A stretch of DNA of 64,000 nt, from the IMG/VR virus record IMGVR_UViG_3300047494_000263, positions 11,426-75,425 of that record; one strand, 5' to 3'. Shown piece by piece: positions 47,996 to 57,665 of this stretch (the stretch's first letter is position 1; every line of letters begins with the position of its first letter). The position numbers and the translations under genes are program-made. The DNA comes from a virus. A model generated the notes under the pieces. That model ran no database searches. It saw only the letters and a list, made by a program, of their open reading frames with translations, and was not told the DNA's origin.

Positions 47996-48022
47996 ATAGT
48001 CTCAACCACACAAGGACGCCGA

Positions 48023-48211
48023 ATGCCCCGTTCAAACAAGGCCCAGGACGACAACCCTGCATCACTTCAGGACATCATGACTGCGCCGATTACCACACCC
48101 CAGCAGCACGCGGCTGCTCAGGCGCGACGCCGCCATGTACGGCAGTCAATCGATGAGATGCGCATCATGAAAGACCTGGGGCTAACAGGCGTCGACCTGG
48201 TCCCAAGCTGA
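48023..48211 (+). CDS. small hypothetical protein
   Basis: AAGGA RBS; 62 aa. Confidence 0.5.
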   Translation: MPRSNKAQDDNPASLQDIMTAPITTPQQHAAAQARRRHVRQSIDEMRIMKDLGLTGVDLVPS

Positions 48212-48357
48212 CTGGGGCGCGGCGCTCTCACCAGAAGTCAGCTCACAGCTACATTGCTGCGATCAGGATGCCACCGCTGCACGAGCGCAAATGGCATGCC
48301 TCGGGTTCAACTGGAAACGCGGTCGGCAGTGAATATACTTTTGGGACGAAACCGAGG

Positions 48358-48675
48358 ATGAGCGACATGGACGCAATTAAGACGATACCTGACAACCTGA
48401 GCCTCATTGCCCGAGCGGTCGAGATCGCTGACGATGACATGAGGATCCTGATTGAGTGCGAATGCAGGCTCGTGAAGCGTGCGGGTCAACGGTTCTACGG
48501 AATACTCGACGACAACGATCAAGAGGTCGCCACGATCGCTGAAGCTAGCCAATCCATTCGCAGGGCGTTCGAGTATCTCAATGAGCGCGGCTTGGCAGAG
48601 CTTGTGGAAGGTGGCGAAGGCATGATTCGCTTCCTTGGACAGGCGGCTCAAGCGGAGGCGGGCTCGTTTCGGTAG
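48358..48675 (+). CDS. hypothetical protein
   Basis: Preceded by motif copy AACTGGA-N17-ATATACTTTT (48309-48342). Confidence 0.55.
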   Translation: MSDMDAIKTIPDNLSLIARAVEIADDDMRILIECECRLVKRAGQRFYGILDDNDQEVATIAEASQSIRRAFEYLNERGLAELVEGGEGMIRFLGQAAQAEAGSFR

Positions 48676-48742
48676 GTGGCGTCGGCGATCGCGGCTACGA
48701 CTTGCCGTCGACCATCCGCCACGGCGGCCACCAAGTTTCTTA

Positions 48743-49525
48743 TCACGCCGCCGGCGAGACGGGTACCGCGTCGTGTTCCAACCCATCCAGGAGCCGCCCT
48801 GCGGCCTTGCGGCCAACGCGCTTGCCGTCGAGATGCTCGCCGTGCTGTTTAAAGTGGAATGCTACGCTGGCTTGAGCACACTCGTCCCGTAAAGACCTCG
48901 CCCAGTCGGTGTTCATTGGCCTTGCGCCAGGTCCGGACTCGCCACCGACAATGACCCAAGAAATCCCCGTTGACCAGTCAGGCAGGGCCCCTAGCGTCAC
49001 GCTGCTGAGCAGAGGCTCCATTGAGAGGAAACGCAGTACTGCGGGTAACGCCATGAGCTTCGGGCCGTCGCGCAGCCACTCCTCGGGGGTGACGACACTG
49101 ATGCCAATCCAAGCATTTAGGTAGCCCGTACCCCAATCAGGCGGTAGCATCGACTTGGCATTGCCAATGCGTTTGGTGAGGAGCAGCCAATCGAGGTGAG
49201 GCGTCGCCTTGATGAGTTTCCATAGGCGCTCTCTCGCCCCTTCAGGGGCCTTGTTATCGAAGACGTCGCCCATGCTGAGGCAGAAGACGCGCTCGCGAAT
49301 GCCGGTCGCAGCAGCGCGGCGCTCCCACTTCAAAGGCTCGTCCCAGTGCTTGTCGCCGAACTCTCGGCGCTCAGAACCAACACCCCAGAGAACCTTGCCA
49401 GCGGCGAAGCGTTTCGCGTCGCGCTCGGCGTAACAATTTTCACACGCCAAACTTCCCGTTGATACACAGCCCCACCAGCTGTTAAATGTGTGCGAACTCC
49501 ACGAGATGAGAGTGCCTTCGCTCAC
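48743..49525 (-). CDS. phage Gp37/Gp68 family (DUF5131) radical-SAM-like protein
   Basis: ISW..TFN.W.GC..CENCYA, VFC.SMGDVF, TPHLDWLLLTKR, RFLSMEPLL, WVIVGGESG..ARPM, FKQ.G. Confidence 0.92.
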   Translation of the reverse strand: MSEGTLISWSSHTFNSWWGCVSTGSLACENCYAERDAKRFAAGKVLWGVGSERREFGDKHWDEPLKWERRAAATGIRERVFCLSMGDVFDNKAPEGARERLWKLIKATPHLDWLLLTKRIGNAKSMLPPDWGTGYLNAWIGISVVTPEEWLRDGPKLMALPAVLRFLSMEPLLSSVTLGALPDWSTGISWVIVGGESGPGARPMNTDWARSLRDECAQASVAFHFKQHGEHLDGKRVGRKAAGRLLDGLEHDAVPVSPAA

Positions 49526-49738
49526 TTTGGACTCCTTTGATTCATAGGAATTCCACAGCTGAAATTAAACCGCGCCCAGTCGCTCATGCGAGACCTGGAG
49601 TGTGAAGAGCGCGCCCTCTTTAAGCATCGGCGGCCAGCGGAATATGTCACAGCGGCCATGGTCACCGCAATCGTTGAGTTAAACATTGGGCTGATCTAAA
49701 AACATCGTGGCGCCTCGTTGCGGTGATGTGATTCAATG

Positions 49739-49826
49739 AAAACAAGATAGGAGGGTGCGCACAAGTCGTCCACCCGAGTCCTGCGTTTTCTTACCCTGGA
49801 AGGCGGGCGAGTCTCGGGCTATCTTG
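49739..49826. promoter_or_regulatory. back-to-back copies of the recurrent promoter motif
   Basis: - strand GGGTGGA(49775-49769)-N18-CTATCTTGTTTT; + strand CCCTGGA(49794)-N18-CTATCTTG. Confidence 0.55.
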
Positions 49827-49856
49827 CTCCCTATATCTACGCTGCACTGGCTCCGC

Positions 49857-50363
49857 ATGAAACTCTGGTTCACACGTCCAAGCTTCTTCTCCTTGACCTG
49901 CGGCGGTATGACCAGGATGCATGTATGGCTTTGCAAACCGTACTTCGATCCGGCTCCACGCGGCGCTCAGGACTCTCCGATGTTCGCCGACTTGGCCTTC
50001 GGTTGGCGCTGCCCTGAGGATGAGAGCGGGGATCCGGAATCAATCGAGTATTGTTGTCACGTGCCAGACGCGTTGCTCGACAATGAGCCGCTGATGAGAA
50101 TTCTCTGGGGGCACGTCTGCCAATCCGTTCATCCCGACACACCGAAAGATCGGACCTGGGACGACTTCTGGGCGAAGAATTGCACCTTTAAAGCGGACAG
50201 GCTGGTGTCGGATAGCTGGTGCCTGGAACTAGATGTGAGCCCGGCAGTATGGTGGAGCGTTGCGACTGCCATATCTGACCGCGAGGTATCGAGCGCCGCC
50301 GACCAGCAATGGCGCCGCCGGCGGTGGGGGCCGGACTTTAACGCATCGCCAGACGACTTTTAG
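49857..50363 (+). CDS. hypothetical Trp-rich protein
   Basis: ORF downstream of a motif copy. Confidence 0.55.
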   Translation: MKLWFTRPSFFSLTCGGMTRMHVWLCKPYFDPAPRGAQDSPMFADLAFGWRCPEDESGDPESIEYCCHVPDALLDNEPLMRILWGHVCQSVHPDTPKDRTWDDFWAKNCTFKADRLVSDSWCLELDVSPAVWWSVATAISDREVSSAADQQWRRRRWGPDFNASPDDF

Positions 50364-50778
50364 GCTGGGGCGCCGGCTTAGGCTCTTCTGGCGTAAGTTC
50401 GACCCAGTACACCGAATCCGGATCGCCGAAGATGGCTGCGGCAACAATACTCACTGATCCACCGATCAGGATTGCGCCTTCATTCCCAGCGGCGGTTGTG
50501 AACACCCGCACGCGATTGGTATCGATATTTCCCGGAACTTCGAAGTTCTCTCGATCTTCCTTGTCGAGCACGTGCCAGATGCTTTGCAGGTCCTCGAAGG
50601 TCGGGGCTCTGGATTCGACGATGGTCAGCGGATAGGGAAGGGTGCCGACGTTCGGCGGGGACGGCTCCTTGGTGTCAAGCGTCTGGCGGACCGAGTTACC
50701 ATCAATTTGAATCTCGAAGGATCCGTGGAATCCGGGACCATCTGACATGTATTTCTGGAAGCGCATCGCAGTCGTCAT
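50338..50778 (-). CDS. hypothetical protein
   Basis: AGGAG RBS; 146 aa. Confidence 0.6.
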   Translation of the reverse strand: MTTAMRFQKYMSDGPGFHGSFEIQIDGNSVRQTLDTKEPSPPNVGTLPYPLTIVESRAPTFEDLQSIWHVLDKEDRENFEVPGNIDTNRVRVFTTAAGNEGAILIGGSVSIVAAAIFGDPDSVYWVELTPEEPKPAPQPKSRLAMR

Positions 50779-50898
50779 GTTAGGTTCTCCTAGGATTTGG
50801 TGCAGCGTAGCACGAGACCATTGAAATCTGCCAGTCCTTGAATACTTGGTGCTAGAGTATCTGGTAGTTGAAACACCATTTCAATTAGTGAGCCAAAA

Positions 50899-51597
50899 TT
50901 GAAGAATCTAGGCGACTATCGCCCCGAAAAACTGTCTCGTTCAGCCTACTGGGCCGGTGTCGTCCTGATCTGGACATCTCTCATTGCGTTCTTGCTACTT
51001 GTGCCGAGACAAAGCCACGCTGCGTATGCAGATATCCAGCTGCAGGGTACGGTGCCTGCGGTGCAAAAATACCCCTTCCGATCTTCGATTCGAATCGAGG
51101 TGTCTGGGCGGCTCGGGATCGACCCCACGCTGAACAATGCGCTCGTGTTAACCGGTCTCGATGGCAATGGGATTTCGCTTGGTCAGTATTCCAGCGTCGA
51201 CCCAGGCGCTCGTGCACAGATCGATAGCATCATCAAAAGTCAGGAAGTGGTGAATGTGAGTGGGTTGGTGCATGTGTATTGCACGCTCTATGAAATGGCC
51301 CACGATCAACACGGTTGCCGCGAGTTCGACACCAGCAGATCGATCGACATTCATTACTTCGCCATGCCACCCGTGGCTGCGGCAGTTGCTCCAGTTGCTG
51401 CAGGAATGCCCGAGACCACTGTCAAGGACGGTTCAGCGACCATCTCCCAGCCTGCCGCGTATACCCCTGCGATGCCGGTTTTCGCCCCGACCGATAGCGT
51501 TCAGGTAAGAGTGGATGCTTGCAATCAAGCCTCGTTTGGGATGACATTCGATCGACACCGGCAGGACTTCATCGCGCAGTGCGTATTCGGGCATTGA
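50899..51597 (+). CDS. exported hypothetical protein, paralog of 53683..54198
   Basis: TM/signal; D.QLQG..P..GRL..A.VL..LG.Y..ID..V.V.G..C..GC..FD.S. Confidence 0.65.
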   Translation: MKNLGDYRPEKLSRSAYWAGVVLIWTSLIAFLLLVPRQSHAAYADIQLQGTVPAVQKYPFRSSIRIEVSGRLGIDPTLNNALVLTGLDGNGISLGQYSSVDPGARAQIDSIIKSQEVVNVSGLVHVYCTLYEMAHDQHGCREFDTSRSIDIHYFAMPPVAAAVAPVAAGMPETTVKDGSATISQPAAYTPAMPVFAPTDSVQVRVDACNQASFGMTFDRHRQDFIAQCVFGH

Positions 51598-51756
51598 GGG
51601 CGATAGTATTTTTTCAATAGCGTCAGACGGCGCCGATCCCTCTTTGTCCGTCACAAACCCAGTAGACAGGGTCAGAACAGGCTTTTCCCAAGAGGCTTTC
51701 TGGAGGTGACTTAGCCAGTTTCATTTTGGTGAGCTAAACGTCAACAAGGTGAAGCC

Positions 51757-52716
51757 TCAGGGGGCGCTTCGTGAGCATAGAGATTTCTTGTTCTCTTCCT
51801 TGATCTCTTGCGGAACCTTTCGAAGCAGATAGCTCTCGTGGACCATGAATAGGTTACCGTCAGTTAGCGTTACATCATAGATGTTTAGCGCTTCGGGAAC
51901 GCGTGCCCTGATGACGTTTTCGTTAATGAGAGTCCACCCGGACTTCTGAAGGTCTGCGGCCTCACCTGCGTCCGTTGGCGCCAAGGTCATTTCCACTGAA
52001 GAAGGAATGATCTCGAGTTGGCTTGCGGACCACGTGTAGTCGGACACAATGCGCGCGTTGGCGCGACCGAGAGGCTTGGGCGCGTCGGGATCGCCAGGGT
52101 GTGTTGTTACGACCTGTCCATTGGGTAAAAAAGACAAGTGGCGCTTGTTCGCCCCCTTTTCGTTCGCGCAGTCCCAGTCACCGAGGATATCGGATTGACT
52201 GAACGCGGCCGCTGCGGGTTTGGGTGGCGGCGGTGTATGCCATACCAATGCGGCGCGAACGCTATTCGACTCGGCATCTTTGAGGGCTTGATTCTGCGTG
52301 ACCGGTTGAGGTGGAGTAGCGCCCGTCGGCGTCGGGAAGTCATCCTGTCTTGCACATAATTCGTTTGGCGTTCCTGTGCCTTCCAAGTTCCCATAAAGGC
52401 TCGCACCTTCACGTTTCAACAAAGGCAGACCTACTCGCTGCCCAACTGGGCCTCCGGCTACACGCACATACCCGTCCGGATCGGACGTATAGGTCGTCTC
52501 CACTCCCGCATAGGTCACTAGACCATTCGGCTTAAAGTCGAACGTTCCGCCGTGCGGGCAGACATAAGTCCCGAGTGGAAAAGGAGGTCCGCTGACGCCG
52601 GCCATTTCTTTCGCCTTGTCGCATGCCGAAAGGCAAGTGGCTCCGATCGTAAAAGCTATGACTAAGAAAGGCCGCGACCAGGTGGGATCTTTCGGGAAGG
52701 TACTGTGGAATTCCAT
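51757..52716 (-). CDS. putative lipoprotein
   Basis: Lipobox LSAC; two beta domains (GTY/GDW..F.PNG) joined by a Pro-rich linker. Confidence 0.65.
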   Translation of the reverse strand: MEFHSTFPKDPTWSRPFLVIAFTIGATCLSACDKAKEMAGVSGPPFPLGTYVCPHGGTFDFKPNGLVTYAGVETTYTSDPDGYVRVAGGPVGQRVGLPLLKREGASLYGNLEGTGTPNELCARQDDFPTPTGATPPQPVTQNQALKDAESNSVRAALVWHTPPPPKPAAAAFSQSDILGDWDCANEKGANKRHLSFLPNGQVVTTHPGDPDAPKPLGRANARIVSDYTWSASQLEIIPSSVEMTLAPTDAGEAADLQKSGWTLINENVIRARVPEALNIYDVTLTDGNLFMVHESYLLRKVPQEIKEENKKSLCSRSAP

Positions 52717-52833
52717 GATCTGTTACCTCGCCGATATGGACGTTAGCCGGACTGGCTAACTCCAAGAGCAGTATTTTCCCGACACTGCGTAATGATGTTC
52801 AACGCAGCTTTGTCCGCGGACTTCGCCCACTAT

Positions 52834-53133
52834 TCAATGCGCCTGAGTCCGAGAATACCCGAACCATGCCGCGATTCTGTCTGACAAACGGGGGCGCAAG
52901 CGCGCGACCGAACTTGGCCTTTTGAAGGTATGCAAATTATTTGCCGCACGAATGGCTCCAGCGCGCATCAATGCTGCTTTAGCGCCTTCTGAGGCGGCGA
53001 GCTCAAAGCCGTAGCCGCGACCCTGTGCGAGCAACCCGATGTTTTTTTCCAAGCAGTCGCCTAGCTCTTTGACGGCAACGAGGTATTCATTCGTTTCGGT
53101 AATGGGCGTGTCGAGTGGATCGTTGGATGACAT
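52834..53133 (-). CDS. hypothetical protein
   Basis: About 99 aa from ATG 53133. Confidence 0.45.
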   Translation of the reverse strand: MSSNDPLDTPITETNEYLVAVKELGDCLEKNIGLLAQGRGYGFELAASEGAKAALMRAGAIRAANNLHTFKRPSSVARLRPRLSDRIAAWFGYSRTQAH

Positions 53134-53200
53134 TAGATGCCTTTGATATAGTGTGATTAAGATATATGATACGCAAAAGCTAATTCCTAAGGAATTTTTA

Positions 53201-53680
53201 ATGGAGGTTCGCTCAGGTGGTGGATACCCGTCGTCGGTCCTAACGAATTTCGCAGGACATCCGTTTGTATTGGACGAGGTCCATATCGCATCGATGGAAG
53301 GCCTGTTGCAGGCGCTGAAGTTCGATAAGGAACACATTCAGGTCGAGGTCTGCAAGCTGGGCGGGATGGCGGCCAAGCGCCGTGGCGCCGCACGAAACTC
53401 TGCATGGAAGCGCGTTCAACTGCTCTGGTGGAAAGGTGTTGCGATGCGTCGCGATAGCGCTGAGTATCAGACCTTCCTGGATCGGGCCTATGACGCGATG
53501 TACAGCCAGTCTCCCTCCTTTCGGGATGCACTATTCGCGGCCGGTCCGTCTGCCGTGTTCACCCATTCGATCGGTAAGAGTAGGGTGTCGGACACGGTGC
53601 TGACGTAAACCGAGTTCTGCTCGCGCCTGACGAAGCTGCGCAACCGCGTGGTTCGCGAACGCCAGAAAGAGGCGGCATAA
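53201..53680 (+). pseudogene. NADAR-family (T4 gp30.3-like) gene with premature TAA at 53606-53608
   Basis: YPSSVLTNFA.HPFVLD..SMEGLLQALKF..L.W.G..R.S.EYQ..HSIGK..TVLT, stop, then in-frame TEFCSRLTKLR to TAA 53680. Confidence 0.75.
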
Positions 53681-53682
53681 GA

Positions 53683-54198
53683 ATGAAGTCTGGAATGCTC
53701 ATCGGAAGAATCGGCATCGCTGTGCTGGTGCAGTGGGGCTTGTGTGCCTGGACGGCAGCGGACGCCCAGACTGTTCAGCAGCCAGCAGGACTAGCGCCGC
53801 CGCCCGCGGCGGCAGTCATGAAGCGGCCCGTGGCGAACCCGGACGTTCAGCTGCAGGGCATGACCCCGGTGATTCGCCGGTCCCCCGCCTATACCCAGTT
53901 TCCGCTCGTGCTCACCGGTCGCCTTGCGCGCCTGCCGGCTGAGCAGGACGCCGTCGTCTTGAATAGCCTCGAGAGTGGACAGGTACCTCTGGGTCTATAC
54001 GGGAGCTTGCGGCCGGAGCAGAAGTCCGGCATCGACAAGTTGGTCAACGATCAGGCGCTGGTGACGGTGACAGGGACCATGCAGGTATTCTGTCCGACTG
54101 ATACCGCTTCTATGACTGGCTTGAGTCGCGGGTGTGGATCGTTTGACGACTCTGCGTCGTTGCTGGTGCATCCAACAGAGCTTTCCGACGCTCACTAG
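53683..54198 (+). CDS. exported hypothetical protein, paralog of 50899..51597
   Basis: Signal peptide (AADA); shared domain with conserved Cys pair. Confidence 0.65.
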   Translation: MKSGMLIGRIGIAVLVQWGLCAWTAADAQTVQQPAGLAPPPAAAVMKRPVANPDVQLQGMTPVIRRSPAYTQFPLVLTGRLARLPAEQDAVVLNSLESGQVPLGLYGSLRPEQKSGIDKLVNDQALVTVTGTMQVFCPTDTASMTGLSRGCGSFDDSASLLVHPTELSDAH

Positions 54199-54967
54199 TC
54201 ATTCTCAGCCGCATTTTGGATGGCCCGACCCATTGTGAGGAGCACTCGCGGGCGCGGATTAGGAAAGCACGGTAAACCCACTTCACACGCCAGCTGTCGA
54301 GGATTCGGAACAGGCGTGAGGAAAGGTTGGGCTTCTGGAAGCGCCGCTCTTCGATGTCGGCGAGAGCAGAATCGAAAGCGGCCATCCTTCCGTACAGAAT
54401 CGCCAATGTCAGGGATGGATTGTGCCGCGCAAAGGTCGGTCTAATGGTGAACTCTGCAGCTGGCGCGGTGCCGGCCTCGATTGCGCAAAGAAGATCTTGC
54501 ACTATGACGGCCGCAGTCGATTCATCAAACGCATCCTCGTCGAATCTGATGCGCGCCAGACCCGCGGTGCAAGCATTTCGCGAGCCGCGCTCGCCGGAAC
54601 TCCAGATGATTCTCGGCTCCCCGGCTGGAGCGACCCGCAAGAACCCGGTTTCCTTGTATTGCAGCGCTCGCCCTGGTGCCTCGGACACGTAGGCCTTCAG
54701 GCCTCGAGTCACCAAAGCCGCCGTGACCTCGATCTTCCCGGATTGATTGGCGAGTTCGACCCCTCTCATGTGCTCTTCCGCTGCCGCGATCGCGCATTGC
54801 GCGCTGACAAAGCTACCTAGCAGTCGAGACGGACGACCGCGGCGGTGCCACTGCAATTCAATTTTGACCTGGCGAACGTGTATTAGGACTTCCGGCCGCG
54901 CATCGTGTGACCCACCCCGAGATACCGAGATGGCAACGACACTTTCGTTATCGCCGAGGCAGCGCAT
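54110..54967 (-). CDS. hypothetical protein
   Basis: 285 aa ORF following 54972..55652; 3' end overlaps the convergent gene. Confidence 0.45.
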   Translation of the reverse strand: MRCLGDNESVVAISVSRGGSHDARPEVLIHVRQVKIELQWHRRGRPSRLLGSFVSAQCAIAAAEEHMRGVELANQSGKIEVTAALVTRGLKAYVSEAPGRALQYKETGFLRVAPAGEPRIIWSSGERGSRNACTAGLARIRFDEDAFDESTAAVIVQDLLCAIEAGTAPAAEFTIRPTFARHNPSLTLAILYGRMAAFDSALADIEERRFQKPNLSSRLFRILDSWRVKWVYRAFLIRARECSSQWVGPSKMRLRMTSERRKALLDAPATTQSRQTIHTRDSSQS

Positions 54968-54971
54968 GCGT

Positions 54972-55652
54972 TTAGGCGGCCACCTGATGACTGTTGTCAG
55001 GAATTCGGAATTCAGTGCGGAAATCTAGCCATGCCAATTCGAGCTTTTTGCCCGGGTTCGAACGCATGTTTACTGCCCGGGTCTCGATGCCATCGGCTCT
55101 ACGCTTGCCGACCATGAGCGCAACATTGACCCCTGAAATCTGCTGTAGGGCAGTATCTTCGTCGAAGGTAGTTTCGAAGTAGGTCAGGATCTGCTCTTCC
55201 GTGCGGCGAATATTGTCCGATTCGCGGGCATCGGATGCCCACGTCTCGAGCTTTCGTTCGGCAATCCGCTCGACTGCAGGCTGCTCCTCGAGCGGCAACT
55301 CCTCGTACTCCACCCGGGCTCCGAGCAAACCGTTTTCGTCGAGCAGCACGCGCACCGTCCGCTCGGAAATCGTGGTTTCGACCCGAATAACCAGGGGTGT
55401 ATCCAAGAACTTGGGGTTGGTGCGCGCGTAGGACTTGGCTGATTCGACCGCCGGCAAGATGAGATTGAAGGTCGCCAGCAGCTTCGGATCTTTGTGGATG
55501 CGCATCATGTAAGCCGATGATCGGATGGTGCGGAGCCGCAAACGGAGTTCCGTCCCGGATCCGCCACCAAAGTGCGTCGTGACCGGCTTGATGGCGAAAA
55601 CATGTTCGTCTTCGGCCAGATTCTTGGCGGCGCTGGGTTGGTGGCCGGGCAT
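54972..55652 (-). CDS. hypothetical protein
   Basis: GAGGA RBS; 226 aa. Confidence 0.65.
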   Translation of the reverse strand: MPGHQPSAAKNLAEDEHVFAIKPVTTHFGGGSGTELRLRLRTIRSSAYMMRIHKDPKLLATFNLILPAVESAKSYARTNPKFLDTPLVIRVETTISERTVRVLLDENGLLGARVEYEELPLEEQPAVERIAERKLETWASDARESDNIRRTEEQILTYFETTFDEDTALQQISGVNVALMVGKRRADGIETRAVNMRSNPGKKLELAWLDFRTEFRIPDNSHQVAA

Positions 55653-55809
55653 GGATTTCCTCGAAAAGCGTTCAAATCTGATTGATGCCTAGGATATCTT
55701 ATACGCCATTACGGCTGCAACCAGGCACTCAGCAAAAAAGGTTACCGAAGTGACCTGACGCGAGAGCGCTCTTGGCCTATGTTGCCCTGATGATTTCTGA
55801 GGAAAACGC

Positions 55810-56661
55810 ATGGGTCCGGATCGAATTGGCGAGCTTCAAGGTCACTACCAAGAGGCAAGGGATCTGGGTGAGGGGCTCGCAGTTCAGTTGAGCGTCTTGT
55901 CGAAGAAGCAGAAGAAAGTCTTCGGGAAGTCCGGTCTGTTCCAGGGCGAGTTGGCCGGTGACTTCCACCACAAGCTACTCGATTCGGTGGCGATGGATGT
56001 CGTTCGGCAGACGCTTGAAGAGCTGCTATACGAGCACCCCGTCGGGGATTACTTCAACCGTTCAGACTTTCTGTCAAGCTTGACAGAGGAGTATGACTCC
56101 AGGACGTGTCGCCTAAATTCAGGCTATGCCACATCGCTGGAGGCGTACGTCCTCGACAAAGTTGGGGTTGCCGGTATGGCTAGACGCTTTGAAGAACTCT
56201 ATACGGGCGCCAACGGCCGCGAGTTTGAGCGGAGTGCGGTGGCTGAAGCCCTCTTCCGGCGATTTGACCTCAATCGATGCAAGCCTACATGGAAGGGCGA
56301 GGCGCTGTCGATCTCCATGCACGCCAGCATGAACACGACACCCGTATTCCCGGCTGACAGCAAGGTCGAACTCAACAAATCTGGCATCAACGGGATGTAT
56401 CAGACTCTTGAAGCGTTCAGGGTTTTTCTCGAGTACTGCGGCGCGTCGGACTTGACACCACTGGATGAGCAACAAAGGGCGTGGGCGTCCCAGAGTCCCG
56501 CCAAGCGCTTCTCGTTGCGCGAAAAGTTCGAGCTGGCGCCGGGGTTGACTTACCAAGCCTTCAAGGACCGTTTCGCCTTCACATTCACGGGTGCGTGCGC
56601 TCAAGAGTTTATGGGGTTTCTCAGCGCGTACGGGCCCGGTGCTAACCGCCGGGCAGTTTAG
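55810..56661 (+). CDS. hypothetical protein, paralog A upstream of MTase-helicase
   Basis: GAGGA RBS; aligns by eye with 56787..57665; motif copy at 55752-55783. Confidence 0.7.
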   Translation: MGPDRIGELQGHYQEARDLGEGLAVQLSVLSKKQKKVFGKSGLFQGELAGDFHHKLLDSVAMDVVRQTLEELLYEHPVGDYFNRSDFLSSLTEEYDSRTCRLNSGYATSLEAYVLDKVGVAGMARRFEELYTGANGREFERSAVAEALFRRFDLNRCKPTWKGEALSISMHASMNTTPVFPADSKVELNKSGINGMYQTLEAFRVFLEYCGASDLTPLDEQQRAWASQSPAKRFSLREKFELAPGLTYQAFKDRFAFTFTGACAQEFMGFLSAYGPGANRRAV

Positions 56662-56701
56662 GCTGGAATAGCTGTTACCCATCTTTCGCAGATGTTTTTG
56701 T

Positions 56702-56736
56702 GGGTGGATGAACGTGTGTTGATCGCCTATGTTTTC
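56702..56736 (+). promoter_or_regulatory. recurrent promoter motif copy
   Basis: GGGTGGA-N18-CTATGTTTT. Confidence 0.6.
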
Positions 56737-56786
56737 CCCACGAAGCACCCAGGTGCGGATGGACCAAGAAAAACGTAGACGAGGAT

Positions 56787-57665
56787 TTGAACGTGACACC
56801 AGAACGAATCACCGCACTTCAAGCATGGTTTGACCAGGCATGTGCGTTTTGTGAAGAGACCCAAAAGGGATTGAAGTCTCTCAGCGAGGCCATCTCAACA
56901 GCCTTCGGACCCAAGCACGACCTCTATGATCGCAATCTGAGTAATGATCTGCCCAAGGAACTACGCGAGTCGGCTGCAGAGGACGTCGTTAAATTCGTCA
57001 TTCGCCAAGCCGAGCGCGAATACTCGTCGGCGAATTCGCTGACGATTGATGAGAACGAGGTTCTTAGGGCGCTGGCAGGCGGCTATGACCCGTTCGGGCG
57101 CGATCATGACTACGGCAATTCCCAATACCGTCCGCCGATGCCTTTGCATGTGGTCCAGACCGTGGGTGTGGCTGGCGTTGCCGAATATTTAGAGAAGAAC
57201 TATGGCGGAAAAAATGGGATCGAAGCGGAGCGCCAGCAGGCCGCAGACGATCTTTATTCCGCGTTCTCCATGGCCTATCACAAGCCGACGTGGAGCAAGG
57301 GTCGCCTTCTCATCAACTTACACGCGTATACCGAGGTTAAAGAGTACGGCGAGAACAAGGGCGAGCGGGTACTCCAGTACGGCAGCCGTGAGGGTATCAC
57401 TAAGGCTCTCAGCGCCATGGGCGTCTTCCTCGAATGCTATGGCGAGGAGAACACCGACAGCGGCGCCCACCTCATTCGCCCGATTATTTCCTACTGGGCT
57501 CAGTACGACCCTGTCGTGAAATCACGCCAGAAATGGGAGGTGCTGGAGGGTCTTTACTTCACGACGTTCAGTGACAAATTCGTGTGGAGCTTCGATGAGG
57601 CAATCGCACGCGAGTTCATGGCATTCGTGAGCACCTATTGCAGCCGGATGAAGGCGGCGGCGTGA
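56787..57665 (+). CDS. hypothetical protein, paralog B, coupled to MTase-helicase
   Basis: GVAG.A..E..Y.G.NG.E.ER..KPTW..EFM.F.S.Y shared with paralog A. Confidence 0.7.
   Translation: MNVTPERITALQAWFDQACAFCEETQKGLKSLSEAISTAFGPKHDLYDRNLSNDLPKELRESAAEDVVKFVIRQAEREYSSANSLTIDENEVLRALAGGYDPFGRDHDYGNSQYRPPMPLHVVQTVGVAGVAEYLEKNYGGKNGIEAERQQAADDLYSAFSMAYHKPTWSKGRLLINLHAYTEVKEYGENKGERVLQYGSREGITKALSAMGVFLECYGEENTDSGAHLIRPIISYWAQYDPVVKSRQKWEVLEGLYFTTFSDKFVWSFDEAIAREFMAFVSTYCSRMKAAA

Noticed and set aside
49526-49706. TAA-interrupted frame upstream of and in frame with DUF5131, hinting at TAA recoding together with the NADAR stop
   Set aside because: Many clear genes here end at TAA, and DUF5131 has its own AAGGAG RBS; chance or decay is more likely
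52742-52760. Inverted repeat GTTAGCC-N5-GGCTAAC upstream of the lipoprotein gene
   Set aside because: Single short occurrence with no U-tract; insufficient support
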